Both the position numbers and the translations under genes were made by a program. A stretch of 64,000 nt of DNA from Elusimicrobiota bacterium (GTDB lineage: Bacteria > Elusimicrobiota > Elusimicrobia > F11), in contig JBGAON010000005.1 in assembly GCA_044221725.1 (NCBI GenBank), positions 128,001 through 192,000 of the forward strand, given 5' to 3'. The notes under the pieces are model-generated. The model was not told the origin of the DNA. It saw only the letters and a program-made list of their open reading frames with translations, and searched no databases. Positions 1 to 9,431 of this stretch are shown here, piece by piece. Each line of letters begins with the position of its first letter. Positions within the stretch are counted from its first letter, which is position 1.

Positions 1-2406
1 CAGCTCGATATTGCGGATCAGGTAAGGAAGCTCATCAAAAACAATCCGGACGTCGTGGTCGCGCTAGAGGGATTTTCTGGCCGGTACGATCCGACCGCGG
101 TGAGATCGTTTGTGCTGCCGAACCTCGTCGCAACAGTGTCCCAAAATCTTCTCGAACAGAATAAAATTTCCGGAGCCATACACGGTGTTTGGACGGCCGA
201 CCATAACGCACAGGTGGTTGGTATTGATGATGATGGCCACCACGAGTCAAACGTTACCGCGTATTTAAGATCGCGGTATTTTTTCGATAAGGCCGAAGCG
301 AAACTGCGACGCGATGAAGCGCGAATTTCGAAAGAAAAGCGCCTTCTTTTTCATCGTTCTTTAAGAAGATTCGACGCGATGGTAGAAAAATTCACAACCA
401 CTCAATCCGAGCTTTCTGCCTATTTGTCCGAAGTCGCCGCCAATGCGCCCGAAAACTATCCCGAAATCGCTCGCTATGTCCGGGTGGATTCTGCCGAGCG
501 CGACTTTCAAATGAACCGTGCCATTCTTACCCAAGCGGTTCACATTTCCGGCGAACGTCTTTTGTCTGAAACGAAGGTTGCCGAGAAAGCGGCTTACGAG
601 CATCTCTGCCAAAATGAAAACGAACGGAAGTTGGTGAGCGCTGGCCGCCGGCTCCGGCTTGTCCGAAAATTATTGACATTTTCGCTGACGCGGCAGGAAT
701 GGGAAGATTACAAGCTCCAGCGTTTCCACCAACAAACCGATTTGGAACCGTTTGAAAGTTTTTACCGCGAAGCCGAAATCCGCGATGCATTGATGGCGAA
801 GAATGTTCTTTCTTTGGCGAAGAAAAACAAAACGATTGTGCTCGTCACGGGCGGATTCCACGCCGCTTCGATGGATCGGGCTCTTGTTGCGGCTGGTGGT
901 TCGGTGCAAACGTTCGTTCCCAAAATCTCGAGGCCGATCTGTCGTGACGGATCCTCGTATTTAAATTCTTTTCTCGCCGATCACCCAGTCCCGCATCGCG
1001 CTCTCGTTGAGCTGGTTGATGAAGTCGGAAAAATCGCTTTGCAGCGAAAGAAAATTTCCGCAGCGGCGTTCCAAGGCTGGGCTCAGAAAGTGTGCGAACA
1101 TCCTGATTCGAGCCGAGCCCGAAAAAATGTGATTGCGGATCGGCTGTTGCGCGTGCTTGGTTTGGATGATCGGTTAAAGATTGCGGTGCTTTTACAAAAA
1201 TCATCTTCGGACGGACCGGTTCTCATCGAAACGATTGAGTTGCCAGAAGGTCCCATGAAACATGGACTCGAAATCCTTCGGGAGCGACTGAAAGGAAATC
1301 GGTTTTTCTTGCTGCACCGGCACAATCGATTAATCGCTGTCTATCCGGATCCGGCGCAATTTAAAGATAAGCGCGGACTCGAATATTTTGACTTTTCGCC
1401 GTTTTACACCGATGTTCCGCAGTTCGGTACAGACGACATGATGAATCGTTGGGCCGCCTTTGCGACGCAGCGCGAACAGGATTTCAAAGAAGTGGATTAT
1501 TTTGCGAACTATCTTTGCACGCTCAATCACTTCAAATATTTTTATCCGGTTTCCAAAGAAGCCTATGGTTTTAATCTTGTCAGCGTTGACGTTAACGCGC
1601 GCCATCTGAGTGTCACGCGGCTCGATCTCAAAGCGCCCCAACGGACGCTGCATCCGTTGCTCTCAACGAACGCCCATGTTCGACGCTTTATTTTGCCCAT
1701 TTTTCCAACGGTCTATAATCCTGAACCGGTTTTTGGCGAAGACAAAGCCTTTTATGAAACCGTTTTGAAAAGCGGCCTGACGCAAGAATGGTCCGATAAT
1801 TTTGCGGCTCTTGTGGTGGGCGCGGGCAGCGGATTTGACTCTGTGATCCTTTATCTTGCTTGGCTTTTGTCTGTCGGAGAAGATGCATTGTCCTCAAAAC
1901 GGCAACCCAAGATGGGGTTTCGACTTCGAGACATTAATCCAATCGCACGTGAGAATGCGTTGGTGACCGCTGCGTTGGTTGGCTTTCCGGTGGATGCTCA
2001 AGTGGGCGATAACGCGCCGACCGAGGGAAATTTTGACATGGTGGTTTGGAACATGCCGGCGGCTTACGATCGTCATCGTCCGCCAACAGGAGTTTCTGCT
2101 CGTTTTGAGTTTGCGCACGACGGCGACCCTGACTTTTTGACGTTACGGGTTTTTGCATCTCGATTGCCAGCGCTGTTGCGCACGGTTGGCGGTCTCGGAA
2201 TATTTTGGAACACGAACGGGCTTTCCAATATTGCGGTGCGTCTTTTCGAGACGGCAGGAAGGAGCACGGAAGACGATGAGACGCCGAAACTCATGGACGT
2301 CGAAAAGCTTTCACGAGGGAACAGACCCGACGATGCAGCGACCTACACGGTCACCCATTTGAACAGCTTTTTGCATTCAAATCGCGCTGTTTTGGCTTCT
2401 TCGTGA
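1..2406 (+). CDS. 5'-truncated modular protein: conserved family N-terminal domain plus C-terminal class I SAM-dependent methyltransferase (HemK/PrmC-like)
   Basis: Frame is open from base 1 (QLDIADQVRKLIKNNPDVVVALEG), so the gene starts upstream of the window. It carries the family motifs ALEG, VGIDD, FSLTRQEW, FESFYREAEIRD, VTGGFH, VPKIS..SSYL. The C-terminal part has VVGAGSG (motif I), DINP and DMVVWNMP (motif IV-like). Confidence 0.8.
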   Translation, partial: QLDIADQVRKLIKNNPDVVVALEGFSGRYDPTAVRSFVLPNLVATVSQNLLEQNKISGAIHGVWTADHNAQVVGIDDDGHHESNVTAYLRSRYFFDKAEAKLRRDEARISKEKRLLFHRSLRRFDAMVEKFTTTQSELSAYLSEVAANAPENYPEIARYVRVDSAERDFQMNRAILTQAVHISGERLLSETKVAEKAAYEHLCQNENERKLVSAGRRLRLVRKLLTFSLTRQEWEDYKLQRFHQQTDLEPFESFYREAEIRDALMAKNVLSLAKKNKTIVLVTGGFHAASMDRALVAAGGSVQTFVPKISRPICRDGSSYLNSFLADHPVPHRALVELVDEVGKIALQRKKISAAAFQGWAQKVCEHPDSSRARKNVIADRLLRVLGLDDRLKIAVLLQKSSSDGPVLIETIELPEGPMKHGLEILRERLKGNRFFLLHRHNRLIAVYPDPAQFKDKRGLEYFDFSPFYTDVPQFGTDDMMNRWAAFATQREQDFKEVDYFANYLCTLNHFKYFYPVSKEAYGFNLVSVDVNARHLSVTRLDLKAPQRTLHPLLSTNAHVRRFILPIFPTVYNPEPVFGEDKAFYETVLKSGLTQEWSDNFAALVVGAGSGFDSVILYLAWLLSVGEDALSSKRQPKMGFRLRDINPIARENALVTAALVGFPVDAQVGDNAPTEGNFDMVVWNMPAAYDRHRPPTGVSARFEFAHDGDPDFLTLRVFASRLPALLRTVGGLGIFWNTNGLSNIAVRLFETAGRSTEDDETPKLMDVEKLSRGNRPDDAATYTVTHLNSFLHSNRAVLASS

Positions 2407-2412
2407 CCGGCC

Positions 2413-2467
2413 GTTACCAAAGATTTACAACAATTTCATCTGCTTTTAAGAGGACCGGACGTAGAAT
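2413..2467 (+). promoter_or_regulatory. Four-repeat direct-repeat operator plus -10 box upstream of the TPR gene
   Basis: GTTAC(2413), TTTAC(2424), TTTCA(2434), TTTAA(2445) are spaced 11/10/11 bp, followed by TAGAAT at 2462-2467. The same geometry occurs at 25696, 33424 and 61152. Confidence 0.55.
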
Positions 2468-2473
2468 ACGCCC

Positions 2474-4303
2474 ATGAACAGCATGTTCCGCGAACGGGTG
2501 GATGCGCTGACCAAAGCCGGTGCAAAGGCGGCTTTGCAGCAGCTTCGCCACACGTTAAACCAAGCTCAGAAGAACGGTGATTCGGACAATACCGCGTGGG
2601 CGCTTATCCACACGGCGATGGTTCTGCGGGGTCAGCGGAAGCTCACGTCGCTTCTCAAAATGTTGCAGGAAGCGCAGAGCATTTTCTCCTCCAACAACAA
2701 CACCGCCGGCGAAGCCGCCGCCATTTACGAACAGTCACTCGCAAACCGTGAAATTGGTCGCCCAACCATTGCACTGGAATTGGGTCTTAAAGCCGCGGCG
2801 ATGTTTCAGGGACTGAATCAAACCGCGGAATTGGGTTGGGCCTACAGCAATCTCTCCCTCATTTATTTCAATCAATTGCGCCGCGCCGAAAGCCTGAGCT
2901 ACGCGAAAAAGGCCCAAGCTATCTTTATGGAATTCGGTTCCGAAAACGGAATGGCGTGGAACAACTGTAATCTCGGCGCTCTCTACCATCAGATGGGTTT
3001 TGTCGAGGAAGCGCGTCAGCATTTTTCTAACGCACTTGCCGCGTTCGAAAAGCTCAACAGCAAGCAAGGTATTGCTTGGGCGCTTTTGGGACTCGGTATG
3101 GTGCAGCGCACCGAATGCAAATTGGCGGACGCCGAATTTACGCTGAACCGCGCGAAGGGTTTGTTCGAAGACTTGGATCTTAAAGACCGCATCGCGTGGT
3201 GCTCGCTCAACTTGGCGGCCATCAAGCGCTACGGGGGGCAACAAGAGCAAGCGATTGAGCTCAACAAGGAAGCCATTCAACTTTTCACGCCGCTGCGCAA
3301 TCACGACGGTGTTGCGTGGGGCCTGTTCCAAATGGCACAAATCACGCGTGATCAGGGGCATCTCATGAAAGCGTGGCAAACGTTTCGTGAGGCGCTTGTG
3401 CTGCACGGTGACGTGATGAACCGCACCGGCGGCGGTTGGGGTGAAAACGAGCTCGGTGAGACATTCCTCGACCTGGGCGATTTGGCACGCGCGCGCGAAT
3501 GTTTCATCAAAGCCCGCGTGGCCGCCGAGCAATTGGATCTGGTGTCGCTGCGCGCCGAGTCCGAAAAGAACATGGCATGGCTGTATCTTGAAGAAGGCGT
3601 GATTCAGAAAGCAACCGCGGCGCTCGACCGCGCGGAGTCGATTGCTCAGAAACACTTGATGCGCGACATTCTTGCCGAAGTTTTGTTGGTCCGCACACGA
3701 TTGTGGCTCATTCTCGGCGAGGTGAAACAAGCGCGCGACGTGTTGCAGTCGGCAAACGCGCTGATCGGTGCCACCGATCTAAAATATTTAAAGACCGATC
3801 TCGGCATTCTCAACGGCGAGCTTTTAGCGTTGGAAGGCAAAAAAGAAGAGGCGCTTGTAATGTTTCATGACACCGCGATTCTGGCCAAAAAAATGCGGCA
3901 GCGTCGTCAACGCGCCGAAGCCCTGTTGGGCGCCATTCAGCTGCAACGCCATGACAAAAATCCTGCGCAGCTCGCGCTTTCCTTGTTTCATGTCGAAAAA
4001 GACGTGCGCGCGGTCGGATCACGGAAACTGAAATCAAAATATCTCGCAGTGAAAGGATATTTGGCATCGCATTCGGCGCACGCCGGAGACAACCGCTTCT
4101 TCGACCAAAGTCTCGAAGGGTTGGACGCCGGAGAATTGCGCGTTTTGCAAAAACAGGTTTTGGATTTGACGCTGCACGTATCAAACAATCCGTCGTATCA
4201 ACATCAGCTTCGACAGTTGCTTGAGACCGGTTACGTTGATTTGCATTTGGTCCGTCCGCGAACCGAATGGATTGAAATATTGCCGGTGTCGTTAGCTGTA
4301 TAA
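2474..4303 (+). CDS. Tetratricopeptide repeat protein
   Basis: 609-aa ORF with many ~40-aa helical repeats (GxAW...LG/A...G...A...F..A..F). No enzymatic domain recognised. Confidence 0.85.
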   Translation: MNSMFRERVDALTKAGAKAALQQLRHTLNQAQKNGDSDNTAWALIHTAMVLRGQRKLTSLLKMLQEAQSIFSSNNNTAGEAAAIYEQSLANREIGRPTIALELGLKAAAMFQGLNQTAELGWAYSNLSLIYFNQLRRAESLSYAKKAQAIFMEFGSENGMAWNNCNLGALYHQMGFVEEARQHFSNALAAFEKLNSKQGIAWALLGLGMVQRTECKLADAEFTLNRAKGLFEDLDLKDRIAWCSLNLAAIKRYGGQQEQAIELNKEAIQLFTPLRNHDGVAWGLFQMAQITRDQGHLMKAWQTFREALVLHGDVMNRTGGGWGENELGETFLDLGDLARARECFIKARVAAEQLDLVSLRAESEKNMAWLYLEEGVIQKATAALDRAESIAQKHLMRDILAEVLLVRTRLWLILGEVKQARDVLQSANALIGATDLKYLKTDLGILNGELLALEGKKEEALVMFHDTAILAKKMRQRRQRAEALLGAIQLQRHDKNPAQLALSLFHVEKDVRAVGSRKLKSKYLAVKGYLASHSAHAGDNRFFDQSLEGLDAGELRVLQKQVLDLTLHVSNNPSYQHQLRQLLETGYVDLHLVRPRTEWIEILPVSLAV

Positions 4304-4313
4304 TGCGAGACCT

Positions 4314-5039
4314 ATGAAACCTCAGCGCACACAAAAAAGATCGGTCTCTCCTTTCGGCTACGGGCCCGCGACGATTGATGATCCGTTCGCGCAACTTCGT
4401 GAACGGTTGTCCGCGTTGTTCCCGGTGCCCTCCGAAAACGCCAAATCCCAACTAAAAATTATTGAAGACGCCTGTTTCCTTCCCGAATGGATCGAAAAAA
4501 TTTCTGATGCTCCGGCAAACGACGCCCCCGGTTTGGACACGCTGTGCCAATTTATTCTTCGGTACCGTGAAACGTTTCGTGAACGCGGGTTAGAAGACAT
4601 TCTGTTCGAGACAATGAAGCAATTGTTCGATCGGAAGACCGAACTTTTCATGGTGGACCATCAAGACCGGGCCCAATGTGAGCGAATGGGTTGGTCGGCC
4701 GACTACCGCGATTTGGTTTTGTTTTCGAAAGAGCGCGATGCGCTGGTGGGCCGGTTCTTTGCGCCGTTCACGGAGATGCAACCCGGATTGTTTTCGGAAT
4801 TTGTGAACCGTTGGATTGAATCAGAAAATCCGGATCGGATTTTGCACTTCTTGGATTTCTGTACGGGTTCCAAAAATCCCACGTTTGAGCATTACTTGTT
4901 GTTTTCGCACCCGGCGCTGGCGCGGGTTGTGACGAACAAGGCGCAACTAAAAGCGTTGTTCGAAAAGACGAAGCCGCTCGTCTCGAAGTTATCGTCTCCT
5001 ACTTGGGAGCATGATGCGCGGCTGGCGCTTTCGGTTTAG
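4314..5039 (+). CDS. Hypothetical protein
   Basis: 241-aa ORF 10 bp after the TPR gene, with TATAAT at 4299-4304. Overlaps the next gene tail-to-tail by 41 bp. Confidence 0.7.
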   Translation: MKPQRTQKRSVSPFGYGPATIDDPFAQLRERLSALFPVPSENAKSQLKIIEDACFLPEWIEKISDAPANDAPGLDTLCQFILRYRETFRERGLEDILFETMKQLFDRKTELFMVDHQDRAQCERMGWSADYRDLVLFSKERDALVGRFFAPFTEMQPGLFSEFVNRWIESENPDRILHFLDFCTGSKNPTFEHYLLFSHPALARVVTNKAQLKALFEKTKPLVSKLSSPTWEHDARLALSV

Positions 5040-5859
5040 CCGGCCCCGCGGCCGCTTTCTCGGCTCGCTTCTTCGTCGCCTCAATCGATTTCTTTAGTTG
5101 ATGGCGCGTTTCCTCATCGGCCTCACTGTTGGCCGCACTTCGTAACCTCTTCAAATCTTTCGAGGTTCCGTGCTGCGTGAAATACAGCGCAGCAAAAAGT
5201 CGAATGTCCACGTCGGCCGAATCCAAGTGCGCGAGCACGGTTTTGTTTTTCCGCGATGCCACTTCCAGTCCTTTGTTTGCGCGTTCCTGAACGTACGAAT
5301 TTTGATCGGCGGCCATTTGTTTAAGCGCCTCTGAAAAATCGTTCTTGGACGATTGCAAGGACGCCATTGCGAGCGCTGCGGCGCCGCGAATTTCCGGTGC
5401 CGGATCTTGCGCCAGTTTCACGAGCGCGGGAATGGCTTTATCCGATTGCAGAAGTCCCAGCCCGAGTGTCGCGTTTTGGCGCAGCGAAAGAATCGGATCT
5501 CCCTCTGCAATCTCCACGAACGTCGGTAACGCCGAAACGGGTCGCAAGCGAATGAGGGAGTTAAGCGCCGCCGAACGCACGAGCAGCCCTCGGTTCTTGG
5601 AAGCTTCAATCAATGTTGGGACCTTGGATTTCGCGTCCAGTTCGCCCAGCGCCCAAGCGGCACGTTCCTTTACGCGAATGGTCGTGCCGGGATCTGTTAG
5701 TGCTGCGGAAATCTCTTTGATCTCCGACTTGCTGGCTTTCTTTTGCTGGACGATTTTGTCGATCTTTGCGGCGGCGACTTCTGGATCATCGGATACCAGA
5801 GAGGCAAACGAGGATGCCCAAACGCTGCTTATTAAAAGGAAGGTAAGCAGTTTTTTCAA
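4999..5859 (-). CDS. Exported HEAT-repeat protein
   Basis: Signal peptide MKKLLTFLLISSVWASSFA and HEAT/PBS-lyase-like repeats (VKERAAWALGEL, VRSAALNSL, IRGAAALAM). Start overlaps the recR stop. Confidence 0.8.
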   Translation of the reverse strand: MKKLLTFLLISSVWASSFASLVSDDPEVAAAKIDKIVQQKKASKSEIKEISAALTDPGTTIRVKERAAWALGELDAKSKVPTLIEASKNRGLLVRSAALNSLIRLRPVSALPTFVEIAEGDPILSLRQNATLGLGLLQSDKAIPALVKLAQDPAPEIRGAAALAMASLQSSKNDFSEALKQMAADQNSYVQERANKGLEVASRKNKTVLAHLDSADVDIRLFAALYFTQHGTSKDLKRLRSAANSEADEETRHQLKKSIEATKKRAEKAAAGPAKPKAPAAHHAPK

Positions 5860-6452
5860 AGTGATTTTCGCCCTTCCAGCGCGCGCGCCAGCGTCAACTC
5901 GTCCGCGTACTCGAGCGCCACGCCCGATGGTAATCCATAGGCGAGCCGCGTCACGCGTTTTCCGAGCGGATGAATAATCTGAGCCAAATACGTGGCGGTT
6001 GCTTCGCCTTCGACGGTCGGATTCGTCGCGAGAATCACTTCTTCGATGCGCGGATCCTCGGCTTCGAGCCGCTTTAAAAGCACATCAATGCGCAATTGTT
6101 TGGGACCGATTCCATCGAGCGGCGAAAGCACGCCGCCGAGCAAATGATAGGTGCCGCGGTACGCGCCGGAGCGTTCCATTGCCTCCAGGTCCGCCATTTC
6201 TTCAACGACGCACAACATTTGGCGCTCCCGTGTCGCGTCGGAGCAGCGCACGCACGGATTTTCTTCGGTGAACATTCCGCACAGCGAACAACGTCTTAAA
6301 TTTTTCTTGGCGTCCGCAATTGTGCGCAAAATACTTTCGGTGTCGTCCGATCGCATCAGATGAAGCGCAATGCGCTCGGCCATCTTCGGTCCCACGCCCG
6401 GCAGTTTCCGGATGGCCAGAACGAGGTTATGCCACCGCTGAGACGGCATCAT
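5856..6452 (-). CDS. recR: Recombination mediator RecR
   Basis: LPGVGPKMAERIA (HhH), CSLC..CVRC zinc finger, Toprim motifs CVVEE and EVILATNPTVEGEATA, and LEYADELTL..ALEGR. Confidence 0.97.
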   Translation of the reverse strand: MMPSQRWHNLVLAIRKLPGVGPKMAERIALHLMRSDDTESILRTIADAKKNLRRCSLCGMFTEENPCVRCSDATRERQMLCVVEEMADLEAMERSGAYRGTYHLLGGVLSPLDGIGPKQLRIDVLLKRLEAEDPRIEEVILATNPTVEGEATATYLAQIIHPLGKRVTRLAYGLPSGVALEYADELTLARALEGRKSL

Positions 6453-6497
6453 TTTGTCCCCCGGGGAATCCTGGATAGAAACATTCCAGGATGACGG

Positions 6498-8273
6498 CTA
6501 GGACTTTTTCTCACGCTTCACGGTTCCCGGGAAATGTTTGAGCGCTTTTTGTACGCCGGCGCTCGTTTCGGTGGGTTTCACTTCTTCGAAATTGTCGGAG
6601 CTCGCGACGTTCACCGCCAACGTTGGGCTCGGAGCTGGCCGCGCGGTAACGGCCGGTGGCGGGGAAGCTGGCATCGCGGTCTTTTCGATTTTTAAATCCA
6701 TCGGAATCCAAGCACCAAAGCGTTTCGTGAACAAATCTTTGAGCGTGTCCATTGAGCGGTTCACCATGTCGTGATTGAAAACTTTATCGAACCTTAGCAA
6801 CAACCGACCACCATCGTCCGCGACAATGGCTTGCTCGAGCGCGGACGCCAGCGAAGCTTTCACGGTCGCCACGTCCGAAATAAAACTGCTCCAGGATCCA
6901 AGCGCGATTTGCGCAGAAACACCAGAGGAAGAAGTGACTGGTGCCGGAACGGGTGTCGAGGGTGTTGTTGCTGGTAGGGAAGCAGAAACTTTCTCACCTC
7001 TCCCTTCAGGGAGAGGTCGATCGCCGAAGGCGGTCGGGTGAGGGGCCCCCGCGGGAGCCACCTCTTTCTTGCCCTCTCCCGCCCAGCTTCGCTCTAACGA
7101 GCTACGCTGGGCACCCTCTCCCTGAAGGGAGAGGGCACGAGCTGGAGCTTTCTCCAATTTCTCTAGCCGCTCCAAAAGAATTTTGGCATCCACGGTTTTT
7201 TGTCCGAGCCGCAGCGCCGCAATTTCAAAAATGGCGCGCGGCGTTTCGGAATGCCGCATGTCTTCAAGCGCGCGCGACAACAGGCGAATATTCCGCTCGA
7301 GGGTTTGGAAATCGAACGCGGCCGCGGCTTCTTTGAGCGTCTTCGAATTGACCTTAAACGCATCTTCGACGCCAGCCTTCGATAACAACAAATTGTGATA
7401 GTAGCTCTGCAAATCTTTCGCGAGCTGCATGAGATCAATTCCGTTCTGAACCGCTTCGTTCGCTGCCCGTAAAATTGCGGCCGGTTCGCCGGCGGCGACC
7501 GTCGACGCAAAATTCTGAATCATCTCCATGGGCAAGAGTCCCAGCAAGTCGCGGATCGTGTTCGACGTAATACCGTTCGGCGCGAACACAATCGCCTGAT
7601 CGAGCAGCGACAACGCGTCGCGCAAGCTGCCTTCCACAAATCGCACCACGTCGGACAATGCTTCGTCGGCCACTTTGATTTTCTCTTGCTGACAAATTGA
7701 TTTCAGATGTTTCAATACATGCTCGGCCGAAATAGGGCGCAGGCTGAAACGTTGGCAGCGCGACAAGATTGGCGCTGGAATTTTCTGCACCTCGGTGGTG
7801 GCCATCATGAACACCACGTGCGGCGGTGGTTCTTCGAGCGTTTTGAGCAGAGCGCCAAACGCGTCTTTGGTTATTTGATGCGCCTCATCGATGATGTAGA
7901 TGCGGTAACGGCTGTGCGCGGGGGCGTACTTCGCACTCTCGCGCAGTTCGCGAATCTGTTCGATGCCGCGGTTCGAGGCACCGTCGATCTCCAGCACGTC
8001 ATCGGTGGAATTGCTTTGGCTGATGGAGACGCACGCCGAACATTTGTTGCACGGCGTTTTCGTGGGGCCTTTCTCGCAGTTCAAACATTTCGCGAGAATG
8101 CGCGCGGTGGTGGTTTTGCCAACCCCACGCGGACCAGAAAAAACATACGCGTGGGCAACGCGGCCTGCTTCCACGGCGTTTAAGAGCGTTTGCGAGACCG
8201 CGTTTTGGCCTACTACTTCTTCAAATGTTTGCGGTCGGTATTTTCGAGCAAGAACAACGTACGAACCTGACAT
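6498..8273 (-). CDS. dnaX: DNA polymerase III subunit gamma/tau
   Basis: ARKYRPQTFEEVVGQ, Walker A GPRGVGKTT, zinc cysteines, EIDGASN, IIDEAH, LLKTLEEPP, SRCQRF. Confidence 0.97.
   Translation of the reverse strand: MSGSYVVLARKYRPQTFEEVVGQNAVSQTLLNAVEAGRVAHAYVFSGPRGVGKTTTARILAKCLNCEKGPTKTPCNKCSACVSISQSNSTDDVLEIDGASNRGIEQIRELRESAKYAPAHSRYRIYIIDEAHQITKDAFGALLKTLEEPPPHVVFMMATTEVQKIPAPILSRCQRFSLRPISAEHVLKHLKSICQQEKIKVADEALSDVVRFVEGSLRDALSLLDQAIVFAPNGITSNTIRDLLGLLPMEMIQNFASTVAAGEPAAILRAANEAVQNGIDLMQLAKDLQSYYHNLLLSKAGVEDAFKVNSKTLKEAAAAFDFQTLERNIRLLSRALEDMRHSETPRAIFEIAALRLGQKTVDAKILLERLEKLEKAPARALSLQGEGAQRSSLERSWAGEGKKEVAPAGAPHPTAFGDRPLPEGRGEKVSASLPATTPSTPVPAPVTSSSGVSAQIALGSWSSFISDVATVKASLASALEQAIVADDGGRLLLRFDKVFNHDMVNRSMDTLKDLFTKRFGAWIPMDLKIEKTAMPASPPPAVTARPAPSPTLAVNVASSDNFEEVKPTETSAGVQKALKHFPGTVKREKKS
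6996..7135. repeat. Inverted pair of REP-like palindromes inserted in-frame in dnaX
   Basis: ACCTCTCCCT-TC-AGGGAGAGGT (6996-7017), then hairpin CGATCGCC-GAA-GGCGGTCG, then GGTGAGGGG. An inverted copy at about 7072-7135 ends CCCTCTCCCTGAAGGGAGAGGG. Confidence 0.8.
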
Positions 8274-8276
8274 AAG

Positions 8277-9020
8277 TTATCCGTGACTGTGCTTGAACAT
8301 CGCCATGAGACCAAAACCGGAGGCGAGCAGCGCAATTTGCCCGAGTGTTTCTTTAATCGTGGTTTGTTCGTGCAGTTGGGGAATTAAATCGGCCAGCGCT
8401 ATATAGAGGAAGCCGCCGGCCGTGAACGGGATAAGAATCGTTTGGGAGAACGGTGCCGCTTCCAAAAAGAAATACGTGATGATTGAACCGAAGATCGCCG
8501 TTGTGGCGGTGATCAAATTGATGCCGAGCGCTTGCTTCATTGAGTAACCGCCGTGCACAAGAATGCCGAAGTCGCCAATCTCTTGTGGAATTTCGTGCAG
8601 CAAAATGGCGGCCGTGACCGAAATCCCGACTTCGCGACTTACGAGAAACGAGCTCGCGATGATTGCGCCATCTATAAAGTTATGGATCGCGTCTCCAAAA
8701 ATCACCATGCGCGCAGCGGTCGGGCGATGATGGTCGTGCGAAAACGGATGCGAGTGGCAATGTCGCCACACAAGCAACTTCTCCAAAATAAAAAAGAAAA
8801 ACACGCCGCCGCAAACCGCCATGAGTGTGCGATGCGTGTTCTGCTCCAGCGCCTCCGGAATCAAATGCAAAAACGCGCTGCCGAGCATGGTGCCGGAAGC
8901 GAGACTCACGAAATAAAACGTGAGTTTGTTGATGTTGGTTTTCGTTACGAAAAACACGATGCCCGTGAGCGAAATAAGTCCGACGAGGGACGTGGCCGCA
9001 ACAATTGAAAGGAACGTCAT
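8277..9020 (-). CDS. ZIP family zinc/metal transporter
   Basis: Multi-TM protein with AFLHLIPE, a His-rich loop (HCHSHPFSHDHH), GDAIHNFIDG, LLHEIPQEIGDF and GFLYIALADLIP. Confidence 0.93.
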   Translation of the reverse strand: MTFLSIVAATSLVGLISLTGIVFFVTKTNINKLTFYFVSLASGTMLGSAFLHLIPEALEQNTHRTLMAVCGGVFFFFILEKLLVWRHCHSHPFSHDHHRPTAARMVIFGDAIHNFIDGAIIASSFLVSREVGISVTAAILLHEIPQEIGDFGILVHGGYSMKQALGINLITATTAIFGSIITYFFLEAAPFSQTILIPFTAGGFLYIALADLIPQLHEQTTIKETLGQIALLASGFGLMAMFKHSHG

Positions 9021-9087
9021 GCACGGAAATTACAAAAAATCGGAGTCCCTCCCCATGTCTCGTCAATGGGGAGGGGAGGGTGGGGCA

Positions 9088-9231
9088 TTAATTTTCCTCG
9101 TAAACACCCAATGGGTGTTCTCTGCGAAATTTTAATCCGTGAATATTTCTTTTGCGTAAGCGATACCAGAGTGTTTGCTGGGCTTTTGTGGGATTCTGTC
9201 TTAGGTCGCGGGCGAAATCGAAGTGACGCAT
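9088..9231 (-). pseudogene. Truncated duplicate of the DUF559 gene (N-terminal 47 aa)
   Basis: MRHFDFARDLRQNPTKAQQTLWYRLRKRNIHGLKFRREHPLGVYEEN* is near-identical to the start of 9432-9764. It lies within a ~294-bp duplication (9100-9393 vs 9633-9928). Confidence 0.85.
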
Positions 9232-9431
9232 AAAGCCTCCTAGATGTAGGAGGGGAAAGTTTGGAAGGGGGCAGAGTGTACAGAATGAGGAAGTGGGATT
9301 AATACCCCACCCTACCCTCCCCGTTGATAAGACACGGGGAGGAAAACTTCGACGCTCTCCCTGTTTGTTTACCAGGAAATCAAAATCCCTCCCATGTTTC
9401 GTCAATGGGGAGGGTAGGGTGGGGTATTAAA

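Noticed and set aside
6498..8273. Programmed frameshift giving the gamma subunit, or an ffs (SRP RNA) gene upstream of dnaX
   Set aside because: No A-AAA-AAG slippery site was recognised in the linker, and the ZIP gene ends 3 bp before the dnaX start.
9088..9405. 105-aa ORF (and 9773-10087, 104 aa) as real genes
   Set aside because: They are mostly translations of the repeat DNA. Only the 9088-9231 DUF559 fragment has an SD and homology.
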